Part shown: positions 30,845 to 41,390 of the stretch, one piece after another | Layout of the letters: each line of letters begins with the position of its first letter | How positions within the stretch are numbered: the first letter of the stretch is position 1 | Virus record (IMG/VR): IMGVR_UViG_2524614764_000005 | Location: 1 to 64,000 of that record | DNA: 64,000 nucleotides | Direction: 5' to 3' (one strand) | Origin: a virus | Lineage: Duplodnaviria > Caudoviricetes | Notes under the pieces: generated by a model | What the model was told of the DNA's origin: nothing | The model's database searches: none | Seen by the model: only the letters and a program-made list of their open reading frames with translations | Program-made: the position numbers and the translations under genes

Positions 30845-31927
30845 TTATGATAGTGGTATAGTTTCATTTAAGGACACTCTTTCAACTTTGCTATCATCCT
30901 TTGAAAACAAACCAGAATAGATTAAGTCTCCTGTTGTCGTTAGTGTCATTCGTGCTTGCCCATAAGAACCTACAGTAACACCTGTAAAATCAATGTTTTG
31001 AACAGGGAAATAAGACAACTTGGCAATCGTTGCACCGAGCGGAGCGGTGAATGTTCCCTGTATCTCTAAAGTTTTAGAAACAGGAATATATCTGTGTCTT
31101 AGTGGGTATTGCGGGTTTGTAGTCCCGACTACTAAAGTAGTATTAACCCAAACCACATTAAGATCATTAGAGGATACAAGCTTGTTCCAAGTCGAATTTA
31201 CATTTTGCAGTTTCGAGAAAAGCCATGTTTCATTATTTTTCAATGAAATTGCCAAGATTGTCTTATTAGATGTGTCCTTAGAATTGATTAAAAATAGGAA
31301 GGGATCAGTTGCAGAAGGGGCGTTAGTTAAACTTTGTCCAGTGTAAACCCCAGTGGGAAGTGTTAGCACATCTGTTCCGTTTGCAAGATTTTGAGCTTTC
31401 CCGTCATCTTGAGTCAACCTGTATTTTTGTGCAGCACCCAAAGTTGTCGCTAACATGTCTATCAAACTTTCATAACCGTTCCATTTGTCTTTCTCACCTG
31501 GCTGAGTATGTAAGTTTGTTTTCTGTGCGTGCTCATCAGTATATTCTTTAGAATTTACTAAAGCCAAATCAGCTTTCTCTTGCGAACCTTCAATGGTTTC
31601 TTTTTTATCCCATTGTTCTTTTTGATCTTGATCAACATGGATGGCAGAGTCGTTTTGATGTTTATTAAACTCCGTCTTGCTGGCTTGTTCGATGTTCAAT
31701 ACATCACCAAGACCAACTTGCTCTTTTGTGACAGCATGAGGGTTTTTAGTGTTTTGCTTATGAGTTTCTAAGTCGCTTTTAATTTCCAACTTAAATGAAT
31801 CATTGTCACTTTTGAAGCTTTCAACATCACGCTTCATGGAATCCTCACTGGTTAAAAAGAGGTCTTTGAGGTTAGCGATTTGCTTCTCTAGCCTTTTGTA
31901 CAACCCTCTTACTAATGAATCAAGCAT
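30845..31927 (-). CDS. yomR: Tail fibre/baseplate protein YomR-like
   Basis: NPHAVTKEQVGLGDV repeat, AQKYRLTQDDG. Confidence 0.75.
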   Translation of the reverse strand: MLDSLVRGLYKRLEKQIANLKDLFLTSEDSMKRDVESFKSDNDSFKLEIKSDLETHKQNTKNPHAVTKEQVGLGDVLNIEQASKTEFNKHQNDSAIHVDQDQKEQWDKKETIEGSQEKADLALVNSKEYTDEHAQKTNLHTQPGEKDKWNGYESLIDMLATTLGAAQKYRLTQDDGKAQNLANGTDVLTLPTGVYTGQSLTNAPSATDPFLFLINSKDTSNKTILAISLKNNETWLFSKLQNVNSTWNKLVSSNDLNVVWVNTTLVVGTTNPQYPLRHRYIPVSKTLEIQGTFTAPLGATIAKLSYFPVQNIDFTGVTVGSYGQARMTLTTTGDLIYSGLFSKDDSKVERVSLNETIPLS

Positions 31928-32283
31928 TATGTCGAAGCCTCCCCAAACACAGAGACATCTCCATCAGTCACATCTTCTAATTTAATAAATACTTTTTTGA
32001 AAGGGGAAATCGGGAATTCCCAAGCCTCGTTAATTCCTTCTGTTCCAGTTGCTATTCGGTAATCACTTAACTGAGTACCTCCTAATTCAATTTCCTGATC
32101 ATCATTCGTCAATCCCACAAACGAAATTTTTCTTGAAGTAGATGTCCCAGTGATGCTGATGGCTAATTTTTGATAATGTTTAACTTCAAATGGCTCACCG
32201 TCAGAAGGGGAGGCTGACTTCTCATGAAAAACAAATGATGCACGATCAGGAATTACGACAATAGGAGCTGTATCTTCTGCTAT
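31927..32283 (-). CDS. yomS: YomS-like protein
   Basis: IPDRASFVFHE..ITGTSTSR similarity; best RBS points to an ATA codon at 32283. Confidence 0.7.
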   Translation of the reverse strand: MAEDTAPIVVIPDRASFVFHEKSASPSDGEPFEVKHYQKLAISITGTSTSRKISFVGLTNDDQEIELGGTQLSDYRIATGTEGINEAWEFPISPFKKVFIKLEDVTDGDVSVFGEAST

Positions 32284-32332
32284 AATAATCACTCCTTTTA
32301 AAAAGAGGAGGGGAGACCTCCTCATAAATAAA

Positions 32333-32914
32333 TTAATCCATACCCCATACAGCTAAAGTAAAGCCAGTTAAATCAACAGTTCCACTCGCCTTTACAACAA
32401 TTGAAATTTTAGGTGATTTAAAAGAAATAGATTTAGAAAGAGGGGAATTTTTTGTAAGTGTAGATTCATTAAATAATACGTTCTTATCACTTTCGGAAGA
32501 AGGGAAAAATAAAGAGGAAGCCTTAGGGATTGCATAGACTTCACAATCAACTTTACCCAATTCATCTTCTTGCGTTGATAATAATGAAATTCCGTATGTA
32601 TTAAATAAGCCAAAATCATCTACCAAATCAAGGGCGTATACAGAGGACTCTCCACTTGAAATATCTACATTTTCGGCAAGCAGTGCTTCTTTATAACCTT
32701 TTTGAACAGTTGTTTTAATTGGAATTGTGTTCCTAATAACAACAGGAATAGAAGATGTGTTAGAAACTTCCACAGAAACTTTTTCATTTGATAGAGTTAC
32801 ATCAATTGGCTCCTTGTTGTTCACTTCAACAGAGGTGATAGGGTTGCCATTCCCGTCATCTTTAGATGATGTATATCGCCCATTAGACTGGTTTAAAAAG
32901 TCACCCAATAACAT
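32333..32914 (-). CDS. Hypothetical structural protein
   Basis: AGGAGG RBS; YTSSKDDGNGNPIT motif. Confidence 0.65.
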   Translation of the reverse strand: MLLGDFLNQSNGRYTSSKDDGNGNPITSVEVNNKEPIDVTLSNEKVSVEVSNTSSIPVVIRNTIPIKTTVQKGYKEALLAENVDISSGESSVYALDLVDDFGLFNTYGISLLSTQEDELGKVDCEVYAIPKASSLFFPSSESDKNVLFNESTLTKNSPLSKSISFKSPKISIVVKASGTVDLTGFTLAVWGMD

Positions 32915-32927
32915 ATACCTCCTTTAA

Positions 32928-33719
32928 TTACGCTCCCAGATCGCCATCATTAGCGCCTTCATCCGGCTGAGTCGGCGATTCTTTTTCTGGTTGTTCACGT
33001 GGGATTTCAGAAATCACAGCCATATTATCAGTGTCCATATCTGCAAGTGCTTCAAATTTGAACTCTGGAGTTAACGCTTGTCCGTTTTCTAAAGATAGCT
33101 CAAATTCTCCTGAAGGTGATACGTTAGGGAACTGAATGATGATATCAGAGTAAACTTGCTCAGTCTCTGGATTGTAAGCAATTGTTCTGTATTCAACTTC
33201 ATATCTCTCAGAAAAACGAGAAGCCTTGATATTCATACTTCTACCCATTTTTTCAACATGGAATACTGCAGTAACAGTTTCCTTAGGAGATACAAACGCA
33301 GTTGGCAACGTGTATTTTCCATCGCTGTTAGAAATGACTTGATATGTCTGATTTTTTTTGTTGTAAAAAGTAACCATGTGATCCGCAAGAGGCTTTCCTT
33401 TTAATTCAACACTATTATCTTCTGAAACTTTAATACTGTGCTCTCGATCAAACAGTTTAACACTCACATCTTCTTGAACCCCTTCACCTTGTGACATCGC
33501 CAAGAATTCAAGATCAAACAAAGCATTCCTAACAGAGAGTGTAAGTTCTTTTTGAGTCTTGAGAATGTAGATAGGCTTGTTGCCAATTCCAGCGTATAGC
33601 TTTTCTTCGGAGATAGCTCCAGAAAGTGAAGCTAATTGAGCTTCCGTTGTAAACACAGTATGTCCATCGGATTTACGTTTAAAATAAACATCGGCTGTGT
33701 CTTGAATTACCATTTTCAT
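32928..33719 (-). CDS. yomU: Major tail (tube) protein YomU-like
   Basis: Synteny, strong RBS, IQFPNVSPSGEFELSL. Confidence 0.75.
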   Translation of the reverse strand: MKMVIQDTADVYFKRKSDGHTVFTTEAQLASLSGAISEEKLYAGIGNKPIYILKTQKELTLSVRNALFDLEFLAMSQGEGVQEDVSVKLFDREHSIKVSEDNSVELKGKPLADHMVTFYNKKNQTYQVISNSDGKYTLPTAFVSPKETVTAVFHVEKMGRSMNIKASRFSERYEVEYRTIAYNPETEQVYSDIIIQFPNVSPSGEFELSLENGQALTPEFKFEALADMDTDNMAVISEIPREQPEKESPTQPDEGANDGDLGA

Positions 33720-33761
33720 TAATGAATTCCTCCTTAAAATAAAAAAAGACGATGCAATGCA

Positions 33762-34490
33762 TCATCCTTGTGCGAAACCTTTAGTTGAATTAAAGAAGCT
33801 TTCTCTACTCATGTAGTGTTTTTCTTCCTCAAATAAGTCAATAGACTTACTCCAGCTTTCAATGTTTTTACCAGCTTCTGGGCTTACAGTTGCAAACAAA
33901 GTAGTGGTTTCGTAATTCTTGAATTGAGCCAGTCGATAATACAGCCTGTATAACTGATACATCGATCCCTCATTAATAATGTGAATTGGGGTATTCGCAC
34001 CGATTGCAACACTATCTATAATGTCAGCTAGTTCAACGTTGCCTGAATCTGCTTGTTTAACCCTTCGACTTCGTTCGTTTGCTCTTTGTATTTCGGGATT
34101 CGAGCTGATTTTCTCTTCTTTAAGTACGCACATTTTCAGAATCAAATTTCTAATATCGTTGAAATCATCTTCAGAAATTTCCTCTAAGATGTTTTTTCCA
34201 AACATATAGGAAAAGACTGATTCATATGCTTCTTTGAAGTTTTCTAGCTCGCCAGTTATCTCAAACAATGTCATTTTTTTTAATTCAGCAATTAAATCGT
34301 CTAACTCACCATATTGATTGTTTTCTTTCTTGCTATAGTTATAGATAATCTCTTTCTTGGACATTTTGAACAAGGCTAAATGGCTTTGGAATTGCGGATA
34401 ATCTTTAATCTTTATAAAAGAACACTCACCATATGGAGTTTTAATGGGCTGCCCAGTAATTAAATAATCAAGATTAAATGCAATCACCAT
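33762..34490 (-). CDS. yomV: YomV-like protein
   Basis: Synteny. Confidence 0.7.
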   Translation of the reverse strand: MVIAFNLDYLITGQPIKTPYGECSFIKIKDYPQFQSHLALFKMSKKEIIYNYSKKENNQYGELDDLIAELKKMTLFEITGELENFKEAYESVFSYMFGKNILEEISEDDFNDIRNLILKMCVLKEEKISSNPEIQRANERSRRVKQADSGNVELADIIDSVAIGANTPIHIINEGSMYQLYRLYYRLAQFKNYETTTLFATVSPEAGKNIESWSKSIDLFEEEKHYMSRESFFNSTKGFAQG

Positions 34491-34999
34491 TTTTGCCCAC
34501 CAATCTTAAAAATCAATTTGTATCCAGTGTAACCACTTGGAGGATTAGCGATTGGTTGCCCTCTCACAAACTGTGTTTTCCCATAACCAGCAACATTCTT
34601 CCCTAAATATATCTTTGAAAGTCTGTCAATAATTTTGAGACTCCTAAATTCGTTTTCTTCGAATGTGTCAATGTGAGTGTATACATCAAAATGCAAATCT
34701 CGCTCTAAAACTTTCTCACTTAAATGCGGAGGGAGAGGAGAAGAGATGCCAAAATAAATACACACTCTGCAAATAGGCTTATCATCAGTTAAATCGTTTG
34801 TTTTAGCAGCCCTTTTGAAGATTGTCTTGAAAATTGAAGTTTTCTCATCTGGGGTTGGTTCGAAATAGTTGTCCAACTCTTGGACATTAGGAAGATCAGG
34901 GGAGAGGGGGGTGTCTTTATAATAGAGAAGACGATTTAGATCGATATCCTGCCATGCTCTATTAAACAACTCAGTCATTTCTTGAACCATCATACTCAT
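34484..34999 (-). CDS. yomW: Tail terminator-like YomW
   Basis: Synteny. Confidence 0.7.
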   Translation of the reverse strand: MSMMVQEMTELFNRAWQDIDLNRLLYYKDTPLSPDLPNVQELDNYFEPTPDEKTSIFKTIFKRAAKTNDLTDDKPICRVCIYFGISSPLPPHLSEKVLERDLHFDVYTHIDTFEENEFRSLKIIDRLSKIYLGKNVAGYGKTQFVRGQPIANPPSGYTGYKLIFKIGGQKW

Positions 35000-35643
35000 T
35001 TGGTATCACTGACTTTCTTTTTTGCAATGAGTTTAATGGTACCCACACCATCAATTACTTTTGAATAATCAATATCGTGGACAATATACTCTTCTGAATA
35101 AAATTGCGTTTTTAACCCAATTTTTAATTGAGGATTAGTGGAGTAGGGGAGAGTGATGTGGGCTTGGCCATCAGGTAGATTGATCGGTTGATCAGAGCCG
35201 CTAACTGAAACAGTTCGCTCAAAAATACAAGGGATTTCAATGCTTTCACCAGGAACAAGTTTTTTAAATGGTCTTCCAGTGATCTCATTGACCTTGCCAG
35301 TGTCTATATAGATGTCTCCTGAAGATAATTTGATTGAACTGTTGCATAGTCGCATTTCTGCTTTTTTGTAAATCTTATTGTCATAAGGCTGTGTTACAAT
35401 TAACCAATTACCGATATCCCATTCAACAATACTACCCAATTTAATCTCATCAGGTTTAGCTAATATGTATCTAAATAATCCGTCATTTGATTTAGATTGA
35501 ATCAGACATTTCGCAGAATTACCGTCAACAAAAACCTCTTCACCTTGAAAGCCTTCTAATCCACGTTCAAAAATACCCTGACCATCAAAAGAAATCTTCT
35601 GATTAGGATTAAACTTATGATAATTTCTAAAGTCCCTCATCAT
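34996..35643 (-). CDS. yomX: Head closure-like YomX
   Basis: Synteny; probable start MMRDF. Confidence 0.7.
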   Translation of the reverse strand: MMRDFRNYHKFNPNQKISFDGQGIFERGLEGFQGEEVFVDGNSAKCLIQSKSNDGLFRYILAKPDEIKLGSIVEWDIGNWLIVTQPYDNKIYKKAEMRLCNSSIKLSSGDIYIDTGKVNEITGRPFKKLVPGESIEIPCIFERTVSVSGSDQPINLPDGQAHITLPYSTNPQLKIGLKTQFYSEEYIVHDIDYSKVIDGVGTIKLIAKKKVSDTK

Positions 35644-35863
35644 GATCACCACAAACAATTGAATTTTCCAAACGCACGATATCGCCACTTACTGACAAAA
35701 TAATGTCTCTAATTTCAGACAAAGAGGGGTCAGCAATCAGTTTTTTATCTAGGAATTCTTCCAATTTGAATAGCACTGAATTATTTTTCCTACTTAGTCT
35801 AATAAGGTGTTCATTAATTGGAACGCAACTAGAATACAATTGATCGTTTACGTATAATTTCAT
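35627..35863 (-). CDS. yomY: YomY-like small protein
   Basis: Synteny, overlapping stops/starts. Confidence 0.6.
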   Translation of the reverse strand: MKLYVNDQLYSSCVPINEHLIRLSRKNNSVLFKLEEFLDKKLIADPSLSEIRDIILSVSGDIVRLENSIVCGDHDEGL

Positions 35864-36261
35864 ACGAAATCTACCTCCGTATTAAAAATTATTTTGTCAA
35901 TTGTTCTTTGCTGCTCATTCACTTGGGATTCTAGTGCTTTAATCTGCGCTGAAAAATGAGTTGTCCCAATGTCTTTGGAGAAGGGTTGCCATGTACTCGA
36001 ATAAGCGGTTAATTCATTTTTCAAAAACACTAAACGGATGTAGTTTCCCAAGATAAGTAGATCATCCTCATTTAGAAGACGATCTACAGTCTCTGTATCA
36101 TTGTCACATATAATGCGATTATCTCTAAATCGATTATTGAAGAGAAGGGAGGCATTCTTGATTTGAGAGTAAATACCTTCATCATCAGAAGGGAGGTTTA
36201 TGTCAGAGGTTTTGCAATTATCTAAAAAACATTGCCAAATTTGATCATATGTAGTATTCAT
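35860..36261 (-). CDS. yomZ: Head-tail adaptor-like YomZ
   Basis: Synteny. Confidence 0.7.
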   Translation of the reverse strand: MNTTYDQIWQCFLDNCKTSDINLPSDDEGIYSQIKNASLLFNNRFRDNRIICDNDTETVDRLLNEDDLLILGNYIRLVFLKNELTAYSSTWQPFSKDIGTTHFSAQIKALESQVNEQQRTIDKIIFNTEVDFV

Positions 36262-36271
36262 AAATTACCAC

Positions 36272-36742
36272 CTAATCAAAAAGAATTGAACTGTCTTCTA
36301 CACCCATCCAGTCAGCTAACACTGTAAGTTTTCCTTTTGCAATATCGTCACTGAATTCTGATGCAACATCAATTACGAATTGTTTTTCAGCTTCAACAGT
36401 GATCTCTGCCAATTGTTTCTTGAGTTGAGCGGCCGTACTAGACTTAATCATAGTTTCAATTTCTTCTTTGGTATGAGTGTTATTAACATAAGTTTCAACA
36501 TCATTAATAGAGTCTTGAATTTCTTGCGATTCCTCATTTTCCTCAATCAGAACCAATTCACCTTTATCAAAACATACGCTACTCATAGCTAACCAATCAA
36601 CAAGTTCTCTTGGAACTTCTTTGATATCGACTTTTCCATTTTTACTCCCTGCCCAATTATACTGTTTGAGAGCGCCATCACCTGTGTAACCAACAAAATA
36701 TGATGTGTTTCTATATCGTGCTAATTTAACTTTTTCCGCCAA
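36272..36742 (-). CDS. yonA: YonA-like protein
   Basis: Synteny and recalled similarity. Confidence 0.75.
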   Translation of the reverse strand: MAEKVKLARYRNTSYFVGYTGDGALKQYNWAGSKNGKVDIKEVPRELVDWLAMSSVCFDKGELVLIEENEESQEIQDSINDVETYVNNTHTKEEIETMIKSSTAAQLKKQLAEITVEAEKQFVIDVASEFSDDIAKGKLTVLADWMGVEDSSILFD

Positions 36743-36777
36743 CTAATATTCCTCCTAAAAAATCCTTATTGTGTAAA

Positions 36778-37791
36778 TTAAATAGATACTGCTGCTTGTT
36801 CTTCAATAATACCGATAGCTTCACCAAACAATAGAACGATTGAAGCGGATTGAGTAATTTTCATTTTTACTCTTTCATCCTCAATATCTTGTTCTGTCAT
36901 CTGTTTCAATCCACCATACTCAACTACAGAGAAAGGTTTTTGCGAAACGCCTCCAGCAAACATATAACCTTTATTTACAGGGAGTTCAACTTTAGAGTTA
37001 GTCTCATCAGTGAATGGGTTGATTAAGTTTACTGCAGTAGTTCTTCCGATAGTGGTAGGGTTTAAAGCTGTAAGAAGTTCCTCTTTAATCTTGTCAGATA
37101 AAAGGTTTACATACTTCGGATCAGTTGCTTGTTGAGATGCGAAGTAATCAATCAATAGTGAGTCAGCGATGAACACTGGGCGACCACCATATCGTTGAAG
37201 GACAGAAGCCACTTCACTGTATTTTTGCAGAGTTAGATTAGAACCTGTCTGAACGTTCTTTGCAGGAATTTTACCAGAGGTAACAGCTGATGCGGTTAGT
37301 TCGTGAATTTTGTCTAGATAAAGCCGAACTTTAGCGTCTGCAATATCGTTTACAAGATTATTAAAAGCTGCAATTGTGTCAGTTACAAGATCAAGCGGTT
37401 CATAATAGAATCCAGCAGACATAGTTTGCGGAACGGCTGTGATCGATTCACGACCTTCAACACGAACCAAGTCTACGCCTGATCCTGAGGCTGACCAAAC
37501 GACTTTAGCCTTAGTTTTCTTAGGGATTTTAAGTTGTTTTAAATTACCTGGCTTCTCTTGTGAAGTCTCAGCAAATAGTTTTAATAGCTCAGTTACTTTT
37601 GGTTTAGCAATTGCGTCAGCTTGTTCTACAACCAAGTTGTTAAACTGGTGTAATAAAGAGGGGTCAGGAGTAACAGTACCATCACCAAAAACTTTTTTAA
37701 TACATTCTTCGATATCCGATTCATCCTTTTGCTCCATTTGGTTGTTTAGAACACGGCTGAATAGGCCTCTAACTTTTACATTATCAAACAT
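36778..37791 (-). CDS. yonB: Major capsid protein YonB-like
   Basis: Size and position after scaffold and decoration genes. Confidence 0.78.
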   Translation of the reverse strand: MFDNVKVRGLFSRVLNNQMEQKDESDIEECIKKVFGDGTVTPDPSLLHQFNNLVVEQADAIAKPKVTELLKLFAETSQEKPGNLKQLKIPKKTKAKVVWSASGSGVDLVRVEGRESITAVPQTMSAGFYYEPLDLVTDTIAAFNNLVNDIADAKVRLYLDKIHELTASAVTSGKIPAKNVQTGSNLTLQKYSEVASVLQRYGGRPVFIADSLLIDYFASQQATDPKYVNLLSDKIKEELLTALNPTTIGRTTAVNLINPFTDETNSKVELPVNKGYMFAGGVSQKPFSVVEYGGLKQMTEQDIEDERVKMKITQSASIVLLFGEAIGIIEEQAAVSI

Positions 37792-37832
37792 TAAAATGCT
37801 CCTTTTATTGAGAAATTTTTGTGTGTAAATAC

Positions 37833-38369
37833 TTAAGCTTCAATTACTTCAAGTCGAACAAGTTTTTGACCCATCGTATAACTAAGGTCATCTTCACCAT
37901 TAACTACTAGGAATTTAGCTGAAGAGTCTTCATAGTCTTCATGTGGTGCTGCAGCATCACTCAGAATATATTTATCCGAAGCAATGTCGAAATGAGCCAC
38001 TTGTCCACGTTTAACTTCAGTTTGACCAGTGTTAAGCGTGAATGCCGAAACATCGAAGCGAGTATAAGCGGGCTCTAGAATAACAATTCTTGCAAGTTCG
38101 CCTTCACCATTGTAAAAGTCTCTTAGCGACTCACCCATGTAACGAGTTTCTGGAGTCGCAATCAGATATGCTTTTTTCGTCTTATCAGACAGTTTTTTCG
38201 CAATACGATCTCCATCAGAATTGAATCCTAATTCCACCAATGTGAAATTATCAATATCAGAACCTGACACTTTAGCGCCATGCGCCACTGTTTTAATTTT
38301 CAATGAATTTAGGTTGCCAGTAGTATGTTTACCTACTTCAGTAATAGCTTTTTGAAGTTTTGTTGCCAT
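37833..38369 (-). CDS. yonC: Head decoration protein YonC-like
   Basis: Synteny. Confidence 0.7.
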   Translation of the reverse strand: MATKLQKAITEVGKHTTGNLNSLKIKTVAHGAKVSGSDIDNFTLVELGFNSDGDRIAKKLSDKTKKAYLIATPETRYMGESLRDFYNGEGELARIVILEPAYTRFDVSAFTLNTGQTEVKRGQVAHFDIASDKYILSDAAAPHEDYEDSSAKFLVVNGEDDLSYTMGQKLVRLEVIEA

Positions 38370-38386
38370 TATAATTTTGCCTCCAA

Positions 38387-39808
38387 TTATTTAATAAGAT
38401 ATCTTGATTCAAATGAATCTTCTTTTGGGATTAATTCCTTACGGACACTTGATTGTTCTCTGAGAGGGGGGATCTCGGTAGGGGAGATATTAGTGGAAAC
38501 TAAATCAACTAGAATAGAATTCAACTGCAATAAAGCTCTATCAGAATTCTCATCCTGTTTTGCTACTTCTGATAGAAGTGTTTGAACTTCATCAGTCTCA
38601 AACTTATCCGAAGCATTCAATGCATTAAATTTTGCTTTGAAATGCTCACTTTTTTCATTTAAACGAGCTTCGAATTGAACTTTTTCATACTGTTCTTTAA
38701 AAGGAGTTAAATCTTCAACCATTTGATTAAGTTTAATTAGCTTGTCACTTGCGTCATTATATTTTGTCTCTAATTCTTCTTTTGCAGACAGTTTAGTAGC
38801 TAAATCACTGATTTGTTGATCTTTTGCATTAAGTTGATTCGCGACTTCTTCTGGAGTAACTTCTTCCCAATTTCTCTTAAGGAACACTTCTTGTTTAGAG
38901 TCGAATTGGATGTCGACAACGTCATCATTTTTTGTGTAATTGTACTTATAGTATGAGTCTGTCTTTGCGTTGTAATCTTCGATGTTAACGACAAAGTAAT
39001 TTTCATAAACATCACAAATATATGAGTGAACATTCTCACCTAATTCTGGATCTAGCTTGGAGTATAACAGTGATCTAACATCATCATGGGATAACTCAAA
39101 CACTTTCTTAAAACTCACATTTTCACCTTCCTTTTCATTGATAATTGCCTGTGCAATAAGCTTTTCAAATTTATTTTTTTCATTAAAACTCAATAGTTTG
39201 CTTGAATCATATGCAGGGAAAACAATGTCTTGATCTCCACGTTTTTCAGAGTTCAAAATAGCATGACCTTCCAAATAAACAGGTGACTCAAGGTATTCAA
39301 TACCGTCTTTAAATGTGTAATTTGAATACAATAACTCGCAACTTGTATTAATATTTATTCCTCTAGAGTTCCATTCTAAAAGTAGATCACAAGCATCTTT
39401 AAAACGTGATCTCCATAGAATAGCATCAGCAGCAAGAACTTCAGTCTTTTCTCCATTAGAGCCCAGTATTTCCATGATGTAGCCCTCACTTGTGAAAACA
39501 CCGATTGCTGCGGTATCCATCTTCACCTCTAAATCACCGTGTTTATCAGTGCTTAAATACATCTCGTGAGACCCAAATGAATCAGTTGCTGTTCCAATAG
39601 AATCAACCTCATTGTATTTTGCTACAATTGGCTTATTGATAATCGTAGCGGCTGTTTCAATTGCTACTTCTTTTGAAATGACTGTATTATTATGAGACTT
39701 TTCAAAATCAAAAATGACAAATGTGCAAGATAACTTGGATGGATCATCGTTTGCTTTAATTTCATTTAATTGAAGTTTATAATCAATTTTCTTTTGTTTG
39801 TCTTTCAA
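38387..39808 (-). CDS. yonD: Prohead protease/scaffold YonD-like
   Basis: N-terminal protease-like domain (SCEL), C-terminal coiled coil. Confidence 0.75.
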   Translation of the reverse strand: MKDKQKKIDYKLQLNEIKANDDPSKLSCTFVIFDFEKSHNNTVISKEVAIETAATIINKPIVAKYNEVDSIGTATDSFGSHEMYLSTDKHGDLEVKMDTAAIGVFTSEGYIMEILGSNGEKTEVLAADAILWRSRFKDACDLLLEWNSRGININTSCELLYSNYTFKDGIEYLESPVYLEGHAILNSEKRGDQDIVFPAYDSSKLLSFNEKNKFEKLIAQAIINEKEGENVSFKKVFELSHDDVRSLLYSKLDPELGENVHSYICDVYENYFVVNIEDYNAKTDSYYKYNYTKNDDVVDIQFDSKQEVFLKRNWEEVTPEEVANQLNAKDQQISDLATKLSAKEELETKYNDASDKLIKLNQMVEDLTPFKEQYEKVQFEARLNEKSEHFKAKFNALNASDKFETDEVQTLLSEVAKQDENSDRALLQLNSILVDLVSTNISPTEIPPLREQSSVRKELIPKEDSFESRYLIK

Positions 39809-39845
39809 GTATTTTCACCTCCTTCCAAAGACAAAAAGGGGAGAG

Positions 39846-41372
39846 CTATGGAGTGTTGTTCCCGTCTGATGATTTTGATTTTAAAGTGTTTTCATTAGTC
39901 GAAGTGTCATCAGAAATATTCCCTGAATCGTTACCTGAGAATGTATATGATGTTTGGTAAGGCTTGATTTTATCTTGTAGTTGCAATGATTCGGTTTCGT
40001 GGAGTGTTTGATCTAAATATGATTCCCACGACACGCCAGGAATATTGTCAACTACGTGTTTAATAGACCAACCTTTATCATTTAATTTCAACAATAAGTC
40101 AACTTTCTCTTTGAGAGTCAGTGGTTTCTCTTTGTCGTATACAATATAGTAATTATCACTTTGATTCTTCGGCAGAATTAAATTAAACAATTTCTGATAC
40201 ACTTCTTGTTCAATATCTTCTAAAAGAACTCCAATTCTTTTATAAAAGGTATCTAAATTCAATGAAGATGTTGCATAGTTACCACCTTCGCCATTTAACA
40301 TAGAGCCAGAAAGACCATATGCAGATTGAATGTCGTTGTTTATATGATCGAATTTCTTGCCATCCAAACCGTCAGTTTTAACATCAGGAAAGTCTAAGCT
40401 TGCATAATCTGGAATGGAAACGACAGTTACACCATCAGTTTGATTTTTCTCTAAAGCTTGCTTTACTCCTGAGTGGATTTTTTGTTTGATAGGCTTAGGG
40501 AGTTTTTGGTTGCTGTATTCTCCATTATTTTTATCAGTACCAATTGTCAATACCGCAACCGCATTAATGATTTTATTCGCAATGGATTGCTCAACATCTT
40601 TAAGCTTTTTCTTATGGAGAACATCATAGAGACCAGGAGCAACCCAAGACGTACCTAAACCCTGATTTCTCTTAAGAGTCCCAGTTCTAAGACAGAATGT
40701 TCTATTTTGAGGAAGCTCTTTATATTTATATTGAACGGAATCTTTTTTGAAATTTTGATAATCTTGATATGTAATATAGGGGTGGAAATTCAAAATGAGG
40801 TCTTTGCGGTAGGAATCATTATCTGAAATATTGTCAAAAAAACTCATATCCAACGTACATACCCATTCGCCATTTCTACGATAAGAGGGCTGAGCATATT
40901 CCGATCCATCGAAGATGAAGGGGTAGGGGGATTTTTTATCACCTAACCAAATACCAATTAAAATACCCGCAGCTGCAGTTTGTTTCAACAAATCTCTAGT
41001 TAATCGCTTGTGCTTATTTTTGTGCAAAACTTTTTTTATTGTTTTAACATGGCTCTCTGAAGCATCGGGATTTTCAAAGGAATCTATTTTAAAATTTAAT
41101 GTGGGTAAAGCTTCAATTAGTTCGAAAAGTTGATGGATTTCTCCAGTGGACACATAAAAATAATTGGCTAAATCTTCGATTTCTCTTTGATACGCATCAG
41201 GTGAGGAGAAATATTCTTTTAACTGTTCCGCTGTTACGTCATTTATAATTCCTTTTGAAAACAAGTTTGAAACGAAACCAGTCGCAAAAGTAGATGCGTA
41301 CGTTTCAAGATCATTCAACATTTGCTTATGTTCCTCAGATTCAATATCAACTTGCTTAATTTTTTTCGCCAC
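39846..41372 (-). CDS. yonE: Portal protein YonE-like
   Basis: Follows terminase; ~500 aa. Confidence 0.8.
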   Translation of the reverse strand: MAKKIKQVDIESEEHKQMLNDLETYASTFATGFVSNLFSKGIINDVTAEQLKEYFSSPDAYQREIEDLANYFYVSTGEIHQLFELIEALPTLNFKIDSFENPDASESHVKTIKKVLHKNKHKRLTRDLLKQTAAAGILIGIWLGDKKSPYPFIFDGSEYAQPSYRRNGEWVCTLDMSFFDNISDNDSYRKDLILNFHPYITYQDYQNFKKDSVQYKYKELPQNRTFCLRTGTLKRNQGLGTSWVAPGLYDVLHKKKLKDVEQSIANKIINAVAVLTIGTDKNNGEYSNQKLPKPIKQKIHSGVKQALEKNQTDGVTVVSIPDYASLDFPDVKTDGLDGKKFDHINNDIQSAYGLSGSMLNGEGGNYATSSLNLDTFYKRIGVLLEDIEQEVYQKLFNLILPKNQSDNYYIVYDKEKPLTLKEKVDLLLKLNDKGWSIKHVVDNIPGVSWESYLDQTLHETESLQLQDKIKPYQTSYTFSGNDSGNISDDTSTNENTLKSKSSDGNNTP

Positions 41373-41390
41373 TTTTTCACCTCAATTCTT

